The notes beneath the pieces were generated by a model, which had not been told where the DNA came from, searched no databases, and worked only from the letters and a program-made list of their open reading frames with translations. The translations under genes and the position numbers were made by a program. Below, one piece after another: positions 1 to 12,677 of a stretch of 64,000 bases of DNA. The DNA is from Octopus sinensis (taxonomy: Eukaryota), in contig NC_043002.1 of NCBI RefSeq assembly GCF_006345805.1, forward strand, positions 116,312,001-116,376,000. The letters run 5' to 3'. The stretch's first letter is position 1. The number at the start of each line of letters is the position of its first letter.

Positions 1-1290
1 GTCAGCCAAGGGTCGATGATGGGTACCGGTAAGCGCAAGTGCGGCTGCGTGGGCGGGATCAGGGGAATGAGCCGGGTTGAGTGGTTGGGTTAGGGAAGAA
101 ACTGTGGACCAAGAGTTCTCGTAGGTTGTAGGCTCGTTTGAAAGAGGGGAGGAGGTCGGTTAGGGAAAATGTGCAAAGTGGAGGGATCGGACTGGAGTCG
201 CCGGAAGGCTCGGAGAATGGTGCATTGGAGTGGTAGGGTAGTGGGGTGGTAGGTGAGGGGAAACGGGAGACGGCGGGACTGGTGCGGGGAGAGAGAGCAG
301 ATGCATGGTCTACAGAACGTGCATTGGCAAGGTCGGTGTGGATAGTGGTGAGGGGATGTCCACGTAGGATGAAGTGTTGAACCATGAGTTGAGACTGAGT
401 CTCAAAGTCATGGTCGTCACTGCAGAGCCTGCGTAGACGGAGGAATTGGAAATAGGGGATGAAAAGCTTGGTGTGTTTGGAGTAGGAGGAGAAGTTGAGT
501 GTGAGTATGTGTGTTTGTAGTGGATTGAGGTGGTGAGCGTGGAGTGATGAATGCTGACCGAAATGTCAAGGAAGGAGACAGAGGTGTCAGAGATAGTTCA
601 GGAGAAGTGGAGGGCAGGATGGAAAGATTTGACAAAAGAGAGGAAGGAGTCTAGATGTTCACGGGAGAGTGAGGTCACGATAGTTCGGGAGTGGGACCAG
701 TGAAACTTGAGAATATTTTGGTCTCAACGTAGCCAACAAACAGGTTCACATAGTTGGGGCACATTCTCGTTCCTATGGCCACTCTCGAGATGCTGGTAAA
801 AATCACGAGCGAACGAAAAACAGTTGAGTGAAAGGACAAGTTCGGCCAGACAAACGAGTGTGAATGTGTCGGGTAGGGGGTTGGGTCAAAGGTCAAGAAA
901 ATGTTGGAATGCACGCAGCCTCTCGTGGTGGAGGATCACTGTGTAGAGGCTCTGGATGACGAAAGTGAAGAGAAGTTTAGAGGGGCCAGGAGGGAAGGAG
1001 AAAGTGTTGAACAAACGAATTGCATGGTTTGTGTCATGGATGTGAGAGGTGGGGAAGCCACTAGGGGGAAAGGACATGGTCAAGATATCTGGAGATGAGT
1101 TCAGTGGGGCAGTTGCAGGCGGAGACGATGGGGTGGGCAGGGTTGTTAGGTTTCTGAATTTTGGTGAGGAAGTTAATTGTGGGGGTGCGGACAATGAAGT
1201 TGGAGGCAGTGGGGGAGACGGGAGGAGGAGATGTGGTCATGGATAGTGGAGGGATATACACACATGACAAAATACTCTTCAACTACACAG
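1..1290 (-). mobile_element. Penelope-like retroelement RT fragment (frameshifted, probably Neptune/Poseidon type)
   Basis: Minus-strand pieces KIQKPNNPAHPIVSACNCPTELISRYLD, HDTNHAIRLF..LLFTFVIQSLYT, VAIGTRMCPNYVNLFVGYVE and FKRAYNLRELLVHS match PLE RT and thumb motifs in order, but lie in several frames. Confidence 0.85.
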
Positions 1291-1530
1291 TGAAACAGAC
1301 ATGTAAAAATTAAGTAATCTTTATTATAATAAAATAATTTTACATTTTACGATTCGTTCATAGTATTAAATCAACTTTTTTTTCACATGGAAATAATTGA
1401 AACATTTATTGTAAGTTAGCTTCAATTTAATGTACTTTCGACAGAAATAAATGTATTACCCAGTACATTAAATCAAGGTTTTCCTGTATGTGAACGTATG
1501 TGTATATGTATATATATCTGTATCTATATA

Positions 1531-2525
1531 TATTGGATAATGTGGTTTTTCCAATTACATGAGCTAAAAGTCGGGGGGTGGGGGAATGAACTGCCTGTAT
1601 CAACTTGCTATAAAAGCAGGTAGTAATTTTAACTTTTCCTTATTCTTAGCGCAAGTTTTGAAGAGTGCTGTTCAATTTTAACAGTTATTTTTTCAAAGCT
1701 ATAATGGAAGTGACAAAGGAGCATATTCGGCATATTTTGCTTTCTGAGTTCAATAAAGGCAACAGCGTAACGGAAAGTGCGAGGAATATTAATGCAGCAT
1801 GTGGGGATCGGATGATAAGCGAAAGCTAGTGTCAACGTTGGTTCCAGAAATTCCGAGCCGGAAACTGCAGCCTAGAAGATGACCCTCATTCTGGAAGATC
1901 TCGATGAGGATGTCCTGCAAACCCAGGTGGAACAAAATCCCATCGTAACTGAGAAGCTTGGATTTGGTCATTCAACCATTCATCGACAGCTACGTGCCAC
2001 CGGAAAAGTCAGCAAATTGGGTCAATAGGTTCCTCACCAACTTTATGAGTCTGATCGTGCGCAGAGAGTGAATGTGTGCTCTTCTTTGCTGTCACGTCTC
2101 ACGAATAACCTTTTTTGAACAGAATAATGACTATTGATAAGAAATGGGTTCTCTATAAAAATGTCAAGCGCCGAAGACAGTGGGTAGGAAAAAGAGAAAC
2201 ACCAGCACCCCAGGCTAAAGAAGGTCTTTATACACGTAAGGCGGTTTTTGTTTGGTGGGATATGAAACGTTTAGTCCACTTCAAAGGTATAGTCTTCAAA
2301 ATCATTTTGACGGAAAAATATGAATTCTGTAGACGAGGTTAGAACAGTACTGGAGGAGTATTTTTCGTGTATTTTGGAAGAGGGGCCTTGTGAGTCTACC
2401 AAATAGATGGAAGAGCATTGTAGGAAATGAAGGAAAGTATATTTTAGATGAAGAAAGAACTTTGTTTATATTAATTTTGAAAAATAAAATATAAAAAACT
2501 GCATTATTTATGGGATGACCCAATA
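1531..2525 (+). mobile_element. mariner transposon, degenerate and internally deleted
   Basis: ATG at 1704 gives MEVTKEHIRHILL..RWFQKFRAGNCSLEDDPHSGR, later IMTIDKKWVLY. The right TIR is gcattatttatgggatgacccaata; the left TIR is partly deleted (tattgg..ataatg). Stops and frameshifts are present. Confidence 0.85.
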
Positions 2526-2585
2526 TATATGTAAGTGTGTGTGTATAAAACGCATTTATATGTTTTAAATGCTAAATTTTTAAAC

Positions 2586-2622
<37 letters not shown>

Positions 2623-3109
2623 TGCGAAATAACTTGCTTCTCGTTCTTAGCTTTTTCTCTTGAGGATGTGAAAGATATTGAACTCATGGTGTGTAATGTT
2701 CGTGATCTAAGTCCGCAAATATTTCTGCTTCCTCGATATATGTATCGTGAAATATTTATTTAGTTACAGTTCATGATGAATTTTTCAGCATTGCAGTGTC
2801 AATTCCATTCCACTGAGAGAAGGGCAAATGAAATTGAATGACGTTCGAAGATATTAACAAAGTAATCGATAGTCATATTTAGAGAAGATATTAAATTTAG
2901 AAAAAGTAAAAATGAAATAACAATACGCTTTGAAACAGATTAAAAAACTTTTATTTTATTCGCTGGAAAGGCAGCCATTTATACAAATATGCATATTATG
3001 TGCGTATATTCAGCTATCTATATAGCTACTGTGGTTTTTCAATATTTTCTTCTTTCAAAATTTCTCATCAAATACATGCAGAAAAACATATACATACGTA
3101 TATTTACAT

Positions 3110-3184
3110 GTGTATGCATATAATATTATATATATATATATATATATAATATATATATACCACACACACACACCCACATACATA

Positions 3185-3218
<34 letters not shown>

Positions 3219-3358
3219 ATATATGGGTGAACACAGACGCATATGCATATACGCACAGTTACATATGTACACATATGCATATATGTGCATGTGTATATAT
3301 GATATAATATATGTACATATGTGTGTATAGACATATACATACTATATATATATATATG

Positions 3359-3423
<65 letters not shown>

Positions 3424-3440
3424 TATATATATATAAGAAA
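3110..3440. repeat. (TA)n/(CA)n microsatellite array
   Basis: Seen directly. The YI/IY ORFs here are artefacts of the repeat. Confidence 0.95.
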
Positions 3441-4129
3441 GACATGTTATATTTACGAACACACAAACGAACAAATTATATTACGCATATACATAAATAT
3501 ATATTGATATATATATTGCCATTTATATATTATCTTTATGTATTTATGTATGTGCATACAAACACACATACACACAGGGACACAGAGGCAACTTACGTAT
3601 ACATACACAAATGTATATGTATATATATAAAGAAAAGCCGGTAAATTGAGACCTGGTTGGTATTAATCTGCTTTTCTTAATAATTTTGTATTATACATAA
3701 TAATTTATAATTTAAAGTCCTTTTCAAATATTGTGACTGTATCAAGAAATGTTCCTTAATACTTATTTACATATATATTATATATAATTGAGTAGTAATT
3801 TTAGATGAAGCCTTGTCTGGTATAAAGAACTACTTCTCATATTTTTGAAAATCCAAAACAATGCTACTAATAAGAACTAAGATTTCTTATACTTTTGTCT
3901 TGTATTTCGATATTTCGCGGGTTAGGGCCTTATCTTCAGTAAACCTTGGGAAATTTAGTCTTGTGAACTTGTATTGTTTTGACTTTTCAAAAAAAATATT
4001 AAAAAAACAAAACAAAAACATTTGATATCATCACTGATACACACACACACACATATATATATAGGTGGCACATTAACCGACGACACGTGTCTTCCACAGA
4101 GGCTGTCTCGGGACAATCTGCGGTTATCC

Positions 4130-4680
4130 ACTAAAAGACAGAGTGTCTAATGTCCACCTGTTTAGCAAGTGTAAAATTGGTGGAATCAAGAGCTTCTTTA
4201 TGTAGTCGCAATTGCGCTGGGTTGGCCATGTCGTCAGAATGAGTGACAAAAGAATACCCAAAGTCCATATGTACAGCCAGATTGATAGTGGGCACAGGAA
4301 TATTGGTCGACCATGGTTTAGATATAAGGGCATGCTAAAGAATAACCTCTGATCAGTCAATATAGCTCACAACATCTTTGGGCTTTGGAGGTCGTCGTGG
4401 TTATAGGAGACTTTGTTCAATCAACATTAACAGGCTTAGGGGCGCAAGATAAAGAACAGCGACTGCAAATATACCACCTGCACTGACCCGTAATTCTCAT
4501 ACTTGCAATATCTGAAAGTTTCTTTACTAATCGTTGGCGAGACTCAAATGTTACATTCGGTATAAACATTATGACTGACAAAGAAAGTCTATGTTGTCGG
4601 ATCCTCATACGGCGAAACCGACAGCAGAGTCCATCATACATACATACATGCATACGTACATACATACATACATACATACA
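4130..4680 (+). mobile_element. RTE-clade LINE 3' fragment
   Basis: Translates SQLRWVGHVVRMSDKRIPKVHMYSQIDSGHRNIGRPWFRYKGMLKNNL, a typical RTE ORF C-terminal motif (QLRWxGHVxRM..RxxGRP). It ends in a (TACA)n tail. Confidence 0.8.
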
Positions 4681-4716
4681 TACAGAATACATACATACAT
4701 ACATACATACACACAC

Positions 4717-4754
<38 letters not shown>

Positions 4755-4776
4755 ATACATACATACACACACACAT

Positions 4777-4807
<31 letters not shown>

Positions 4808-5813
4808 ATAACAATAATCCTTGGATGGAATTTATAAACAATGGATGCATCGCTACGCTCGTTTTCACAAGTCACATGTCCCTTAAGATCACAGTCCGTA
4901 TTCTTGGGATGATTACAGTGTAGACCGTAGGCTCAGTGGACATTGGGTTGATCATCTTCATGGGTTCATTTCTTCTGGTGATATAACATTAATGAATGTA
5001 CAACAGAGGGATGCTTATCCCTTTTGACCAATATGAATGTTGACAGCTGGATGCGACCCCAGAAAACTGGTTCACCAGTCAGCATCATTAGACTGTGACC
5101 GCCATAATGGAACTTGAGCTTTATTTGCACGTTCAAAACGTTTCCAGTAAACGATATATATATATATTATATATATATATATTATATATATATATTATAT
5201 ATATATATATGTATAGTTCTTATTTGAATTTGGTTGCAAGATTCTTGATGTGAATTCGTGTGTTGAAAGAAATACTATTGAACCTTGGGAGGGGCATTAT
5301 GCCGGCAATAATAAACACGTGCATCGGTTCGGTCCTTTATTGTTATTGCTAGTTAATGGGTTAGTTACTCCATTTACCAATTTATCGATCAACCGTTTTT
5401 TACTAGTTTTTCAAACTCATATGCTAAAAATAGTTAATCGTTCAAATGTTCAGTATTGTTGTCATTTCTTTGTTTTTTGTCAAATAATTATTTCAACGCA
5501 TTGTTGCAATCTCTTCAGTGACATGTCTCTCTACTTCCATTTCTTTCAAAAAAAGAAATGACAACGGTAGCAATACTGAACATTTGAACGATTAACTGTT
5601 TGACCAAAGTGTTTAACATTTGTAGATATGTATGCGTGGGTATGTGTGAGTAAATATATATATATATAAATTAGAGAAAAAACCACTATTATGTAATTCA
5701 AACAATGATAGACATAAACCAAATCATAAAGAAAAAATAAAATATATTATAAAACATATAACTAGATCACAAAAAGTACAAAAAATGAACAAACAATATA
5801 TAATAAGCAAAAG

Positions 5814-5915
5814 GACAACGTACGTTTCGTGGCTATAACTTCAAATCGAATTACAATTAAATTTAAATTTAATAGAAAAACAATTCAATTTAAAAGCATA
5901 GTCACTCCTCAGGTC
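5814..5915 (-). ncRNA. Type I hammerhead ribozyme-like motif (Penelope-associated type) with a long stem II
   Basis: Minus strand reads GAC-CTGAGGA-[GTGACTAT...ATAGCCAC, about 24-26 bp hairpin]-GAA-ACGTACGT-T-GTC. Confidence 0.55.
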
Positions 5916-6210
5916 AACAATAGTAACAATAATAGTTAAATAAATAATCAAATAGAATTAAACAGTATTTCTTAAAGAATTAAAATCATGATTGTTCTTA
6001 TAGAAGAAACTCCGTTAACTAAATTTAAAACTTAAAAAGTAAGACCAGGTAAAAAATAGAGTAAATAGAGAGAAAAATGTATTTATCTGTGAAGATATAT
6101 TTTAGCTTTGAGAATAACATTAACAAACTATAGAATATCTTTTCACTCGCTATACTCTAATATTTTACGTTACAAAGAATATTACAAAGCAATAACACTT
6201 AATACTTTTA

Positions 6211-6486
6211 GATTTTAGTTCACATATAATAATTATAAAATAATAAAATTAAATATGATTAGATAAAATTAAATATAAAATTAAGTAAAATTGAACAAAA
6301 TTAAATAATAAAATTGAATAAATGTACCTATCTAAATTATAATTAATAAATATAGCAATTAGAAATCCATATTTTTCAATCAATAAACATATAAATAAAT
6401 AAATAACTCCATTATTTCTTAAATAAATATTATTCTTATCATTCCGAAAATATTTATGGAATAAAAATTTATTTGCGACAAAGTAC

Positions 6487-6556
<70 letters not shown>

Positions 6557-6852
6557 ATTCAGTAGTACTAAATATAAAAAAAAACTTTACCTATACTAAA
6601 AAATTTTACAATCTTCACAAAATAAGCAAACTATGCTTTTCGATTTTAGTTCACATATAATAATTATAATAATTATAATAATAAGAATAATTAAATAAAT
6701 GTACGTATCTAAATTATCATTAACAAAGAAAAAAATTAAAAATTCATATTTATCAATCAATAATCATGTAGATTACATTATTATTTCTTAATATTTCTTA
6801 AATAAATTATATACTTATCTTTCCGAAGATATATTATGAACTAAAAAGTTTG
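6211..6852. repeat. Diverged direct duplication (6211-6472 and 6642-6852) separated by (ATT)n
   Basis: Both copies start gattttagttcacatataataattat and share taaatgtac(c/g)tatctaaattat and ttatc(a/t)ttccgaa. Offset is 431 nt. Confidence 0.8.
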
Positions 6853-7104
6853 AAAACGAAAAACGTATTACTTAGCGGTTATAAATTTACTCGTGAAAAC
6901 GTGGCTTAAATAAATAGAACAATACTCCCTAATACTATTATTATTGTGTGAGAGAGCAGTGCATACCATGAAAGTGACACTGGGGTAAAATATATGAAGC
7001 CCAGTATACCCATCATGACTACCTATCTGATAAGGGTGCACCAGGCACATGCATCACAACCATATGTGCGCACACGGCTATGATGGTCCCCCAAATTATT
7101 ATTA

Positions 7105-7180
<76 letters not shown>

Positions 7181-7973
7181 TTATATTATATATTATATAT
7201 TATGTTATATATACACTAACGTTATGATGCCGGTAATACGTCCTGATAAGTTTTCACTTGCAGAAATCGAAGGAAGGAGTTCTCGAAGTAAATTACTTAG
7301 TTTTGCCGAGCTGCAAACTTAGAGCAAAGTAAATAGACAAAAGTTGTCAAATGGTGTAGGGGTAATAAAAAGATGCACATATAAAAAAAACGTTTGTATT
7401 TATTTCTTTGTAAACAATCACACACACCAAAGCACAAACACGTATTAAACATACATAATAGACATGCTTGAATAAAGTTTCTATCTACAGAGTTCATTGA
7501 CGTGCCGACGGCTATGGTAGAAAACCTTCCTTAAGTTACACTGAAACTATAGCCACTCATCTATGATTGCAGCGTATGTGCGTGTATGTATTTATGTGTG
7601 TGTGTGTATGTGTGTGTGTGAGTGTGTGTGTGTATTTTGCATATATACATATATAAGTACATACAAACATTCATACTTCACATCTGTTATTAAAACAATC
7701 GTAATCGGATAATAAAAGTGATATCAATATCGTTCGATAGCTTGTTTTATATATTTATATGTGTGTATGTATGTATATATGTAGGTATATATATATATAT
7801 TTATATGTATACGCATTACACACATACTTCCTTCTCTTGCACTCTCCTATCTTTGAAAGAACTTTTTCTTCACCTATTCCCTTCCGGTCAGTTGAATATG
7901 AGACCGCGCGTAAGTATCGTTGACGATTTTCTTTCTTTGTCTTCCCTTCTTAGGACTTTTCCTTTTTTTCTAT

Positions 7974-8008
7974 ATTTCTGACGAAGAGCTCTGCTCGAAA
8001 CGTGAAAT
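7974..8008 (+). ncRNA. Minimal Type I hammerhead ribozyme-like motif in a probable Penelope terminal-repeat remnant (about 7860-8100)
   Basis: ATTT-CTGACGA-A-GAGC-TCT-GCTC-GAA-ACGT-G-AAAT. Core is intact, stem II is 4 bp, stem III is a palindrome and stem I is 4 bp. Position 17 is G, so this copy is probably inactive. Confidence 0.7.
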
Positions 8009-8109
8009 CCTACTTCTTTCTTTCCTTTTCTGAGCGTCCAATAACACTATACTTATTCCATGTCCTCGCGTTGTTGCGTTTTCTCTTTGTTCATGTTTGG
8101 ATTATCTTA

Positions 8110-8126
8110 TACATACATATACATAC

Positions 8127-8209
<83 letters not shown>

Positions 8210-8293
8210 CATACATATATATACATACATACATGTATACATGCATGCATATATATACATACATGCATATATATCATACATAAATATATTACA

Positions 8294-8341
<48 letters not shown>

Positions 8342-8470
8342 ACACATGTATATATATATACATACATAATATATATATATACATACATATATAAATACAT
8401 ATATATATACATATATATATATATAATGTACATATACAGATATACATGTATATATATATATATACCTCAC
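8110..8470. repeat. (TA)n/(TACA)n microsatellite array
   Basis: Seen directly. Confidence 0.95.
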
Positions 8471-8589
8471 GCTAACTACTTGATAAATTCTTATAAAGTT
8501 TTTATCCTATTTTTAAATAGGATTTAAAAAATATATATGTATATGTGTGTGTATGTGTGTGTGTGTGTGTGTGTGTACATGTATATACT

Positions 8590-9785
8590 CAGGGGTTGGA
8601 CAAAATAATGGAATCGTCTATAAAACGGTCAAAAGCTTGTTTATTTTTGTTTTTTGATTTACTATTAGTGTTGCTTAATATGTTTTTGCTAAAATTGCTG
8701 TTTCTTTTCAGATATCATCCGAAAAATGTAATTGAAATTCATTAAAATGACAGATCTATCGTACTTTCAAAGAGGTTAAATTGTAGGTTCTCGTATAGCA
8801 GGCACTAGCGTAACAAAAGCAACCGAAATGTTTGGTGTATCAAGAAGTACTGTCTTGAAAGTAATGATAGCCTTTGAGAAAGAGGGAAAACCTCCTTGTC
8901 GAAACAAAACTCCAGAAGAAAACCAAAATTTTCAGATCGGGACAGTTAGACTCTTTTGCGGAATGTTAGAAAGTATTGCAAGAGTACAGCTTCAAAATTA
9001 CTGCAGATCTTAATGACCACCTGCTCAAAGCCAGGTTCCACGGGAGGGCTGCAATAAAAAAAACATTACTTTCAAAAACAAACGTTGCAAAGCGTTTAAA
9101 GTGGAGTAAAATCCTACAGAATTGGTCTCTAGAGCAGTGGAAGAATGCTATTTTCTCGGACGAGTCATCTTGTACATTATTTCCCACTACCGGCCGAGTA
9201 TACGTGTAGAGACAGCCAAAAGAAGCATTTGACCCAGACTGCCTTCTTCCAACTGTTACACATGGAGGACGATCTGTGATGATCTGGGTGGGGGCTATAT
9301 CTTGAAAATCCTCTGGACTTATAGATTCCCTTCATGGCAGAATTAATAGTCAAGAATATTTAAGCATTTTATCTGATCAAATTCATCCTATGGTTGCGGA
9401 AATGTTTTCGGAGGGAAACGCAATCTTTCAGGATGATAATGCACCAATTTACACACCTAAAGTTGTTACTGAATGGCACGAGAAACATTATAGTGAAGTT
9501 GAACACCTTATCTGGGCACCACAGTCCGCGGATCTCAATATTATTGAACATTTATGGTGCATTTTAGAAAAACAAGTAAGGAGTCGATATCCTCCACCAT
9601 CATCAGAACTGGAGGAGACTGTTTTAACAGAAGCATGGACAAAAATTCCTATGGAAACAATTCAAACTTTGTACGAGTCTATACTTCGTAAAATTCAAGC
9701 TGTAATTACTGCCAAAAGCGGGCCTAGCCCATACTAATATAAAGTTGCTTGAAATTGTAAGGTGTTTCCATTATTTTGTCCACTC

Positions 9786-9788
<3 letters not shown>
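8590..9788 (+). mobile_element. Tc1-family transposon, full length (about 1.2 kb), frameshifted, DD36E spacing
   Basis: TIRs cagg(g/a)gt(t)ggacaaaataatggaa at both ends, the right one followed by TA. Motifs IFSDES, FQDDNAPIYT and WAPQSADLNIIEHLW; 36 residues counted between the second catalytic D and E. Confidence 0.92.
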
Positions 9789-9854
<66 letters not shown>

Positions 9855-9872
9855 TATATATATATATATATG

Positions 9873-9972
9873 NNNNNNNNNNNNNNNNNNNNNNNNNNNN
9901 NNNNNNNNNNNNNNNNNNNNNNNNNNNNNNNNNNNNNNNNNNNNNNNNNNNNNNNNNNNNNNNNNNNNNNNN
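9873..9972. other. Assembly gap (100 N) inside a TA array
   Basis: Run of N. Confidence 1.
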
Positions 9973-11229
9973 TATATACATATATATCTGTGAATATGCA
10001 TGTACATATATGTGAGTTAGTTGACAATGTTACCAGATTGTGTATAATGTAAAGTACCCATCACTGGTGCACTATTCCTACATAAAAATGTATTAAAACG
10101 TATGTATCTGCACGCACACACATATGTATTGTAAATTTTATCAAGGGACACATACATTCATAGGGACACACGCCCTTCCATAGATACATAAATAAGCACA
10201 CATACTGCAAATTTTATCAATAGACACATACACATAAATACGTTTGTATATGCAAAGATATATAAATACACATATTCACACACACATATATGTTTGTTTT
10301 TTACTTAGATAAACTAAATATTTGCAGTATGACCATTGTGCTAAAACTCTGGAGAATGTCGAGGTTTTGAAGAAACTTACATTGGTACCAGGCAAATTTG
10401 AAATGTGAATGTAAGTAGGTCAGTATGGTAACCAATTGAAAACCAAATCAACGCAAACCTGTATGAAAAGAGAGAAAAGAAAAAGACCTGATGCAAAATG
10501 ATGTGGGTTGATGGAATTACGAATGTTGTGTATGAAGTTGAAATTCTATAAGGCAAGGAATGGATTGTCTACGTAAAAAACTCATTGAAAGGAATTGCAT
10601 AAACATTAATATTTATACATACACACACACACACCACACACACACACACACACACTTACACACACACATATGCAGATATACATATCACGTTGCTAGCAGT
10701 GTGGAATAAATGTTGGTTTTAATATTTGTGCGATTTAAATTTTTTATGAATACAATTTTTCTGAATGACATTTGATAAATGGGATTTTAGGAAAAAAGGA
10801 AATCGAATCCTCAGCGGTGTAAAGCCCTCATAGATTATTGATCCCTACATATGCATAAACTTCGGAAAGTATATATATTGTAATTGTTTAATGACTAAAT
10901 GTATGAAACTAATGAGCTATGACTACTTGCCAGCGGGGAAAATTTAGCAAAGAAGACATCACACAATTTCTGAACAATTTATCCAGAATGAAGCATAAAG
11001 GAAGACAGAGTTGAGGATGGGGGTAAGGAAGATGAAAAAAGGTTAAAATAGGCTAAAAAATATGACTTGTTAAATGATTTAGCTTGAAAAATAATAATAC
11101 TGTCAGATAACTGGTTTACACGGTCATAAACATCATCATCAAACAATAGCTTTCTTATGTACAATTAATTATAATTTTTCGACAACGATTTTCAGTTGGT
11201 GTGAAGAAAGTGTTGGGTTGAGGAATTTG

Positions 11230-11570
11230 TAGAATACGTGGAGGAACAATGTATCACTAGAAGTGGGCACACACTGTAGGGCTGGGAGAAGAGAGCGCAC
11301 ATTGTTGGGGCGGTAAAAGAGGGTGCCCACTGTAGGACTGCAGAAGGGTACACAATATAAGGTTGGGAAGAGAAAGAGCACATATTTTGGGACAGGGAAA
11401 AATAGGACGCACCTTGAATGACTGGTGCAATTTCAGGGCTGGAAAAACGATAGGACATTGTAAGGTTGGGAGAAGAGATAACACATTGTGGTGCTGAAAG
11501 AAGGGGATGTATATTGTAGGACTGAAAGAAGACGCAATTGTACGGCTGGGAGAGGAGGAACATATTGGCG
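11230..11570. repeat. Degenerate minisatellite, unit about 25-30 nt (consensus about CACATTGTAGGGCTGGGAGAAGAGAG)
   Basis: About 10 imperfect units starting caca(t/c)tgt and ending in purine-rich tails. Confidence 0.65.
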
Positions 11571-12677
11571 GACCGGATTAGTTGTTGAATAGCCTAGCAC
11601 TAGCCTTGGCAATCAGTGTTCCTGAAATAGTTTGTTATTTAAAGGGTTCCGTGGTCACGCTCACGAAAGCTAGTGGTAACTAAATATTAGTATGCTCTGT
11701 CACATTAACCAGACATTTTAATCACAGAAAGCAGTTATTGGTATCAGTTTAGTTACAGATGCTTGTATATCCAGGTTATTGTGGAATTTTGGAATATTTC
11801 AGGAACTTGAAGTCGAATGCCAAGCAAACTAAGATTAAGTTCATATATGTTTTCCAACAATGTAAAGTTCTCAAATCAATTAGTAACATACCAGAGCAGG
11901 TAAATATACCGATAAAGTTGTGGATATGAATTTCAGGAAACATGAAGAAGGATGCCAGTCAGACCAAGATTAAGTTCACATTTAACTGTTTCAAGAAAAA
12001 TTTCTTTAGTGATAGGAATGATAGTAGGGTAGGTTGAGGAAGCAGATTAGCTGGAGAAAAGAACAGAAGGGGAAAAAATTTGGGGGATGTAAAAGGACAA
12101 AGACAGATTGACACTAGAAAGAAGGGTCAGTCTATTTCTATGGTGACAGAAAATTTAGGTCAGTGTGGGAGGAACATTAAATTCTTAAGAGACTGTGAGG
12201 TTGACCAAATCTTGCTTTCAAATGAAAGCCATCAGAATTTATTGCAAGAGTTAGGAGAAAGGGAGATATAAGGAAAGCTATAAGAGGGTCTTAGGTTATC
12301 GGCAGAGAAAGATACAGTAAGAAAATCAAGGTTAACACTAGAATAGAAGGCTATTTATTTTTATTTTTATCTTTATTTTAACTTTTATTTTTATATGGTG
12401 AGAAAGAATCTAGATCACTATCTAGAGGTCAATTAAATTCTATAGCAAATGGTAGGGGAACAGTACCTATTCAAATTTATAGTGAAAATCAAATTATAAC
12501 TGAGGGAATAGTATTACATGTTAAATTTAGAATAGAATTGGGAAAATGTGCAATTCTTAATTTAGTTAATTTAGTTGACTATCAAGTCAATTAAAAGTTG
12601 GCATAGTATATTTTCTATTTATTATTATATTAAAAAGATACAGTTAGAAAACAATAGGAAAACCTTCAAATTTCTAT

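Noticed and set aside
11630-11680. cacGAAAGCTAgtgg, a possible hammerhead 3' half with an AGCU palindrome
   Set aside because: No CUGANGA core or stem I partner upstream.
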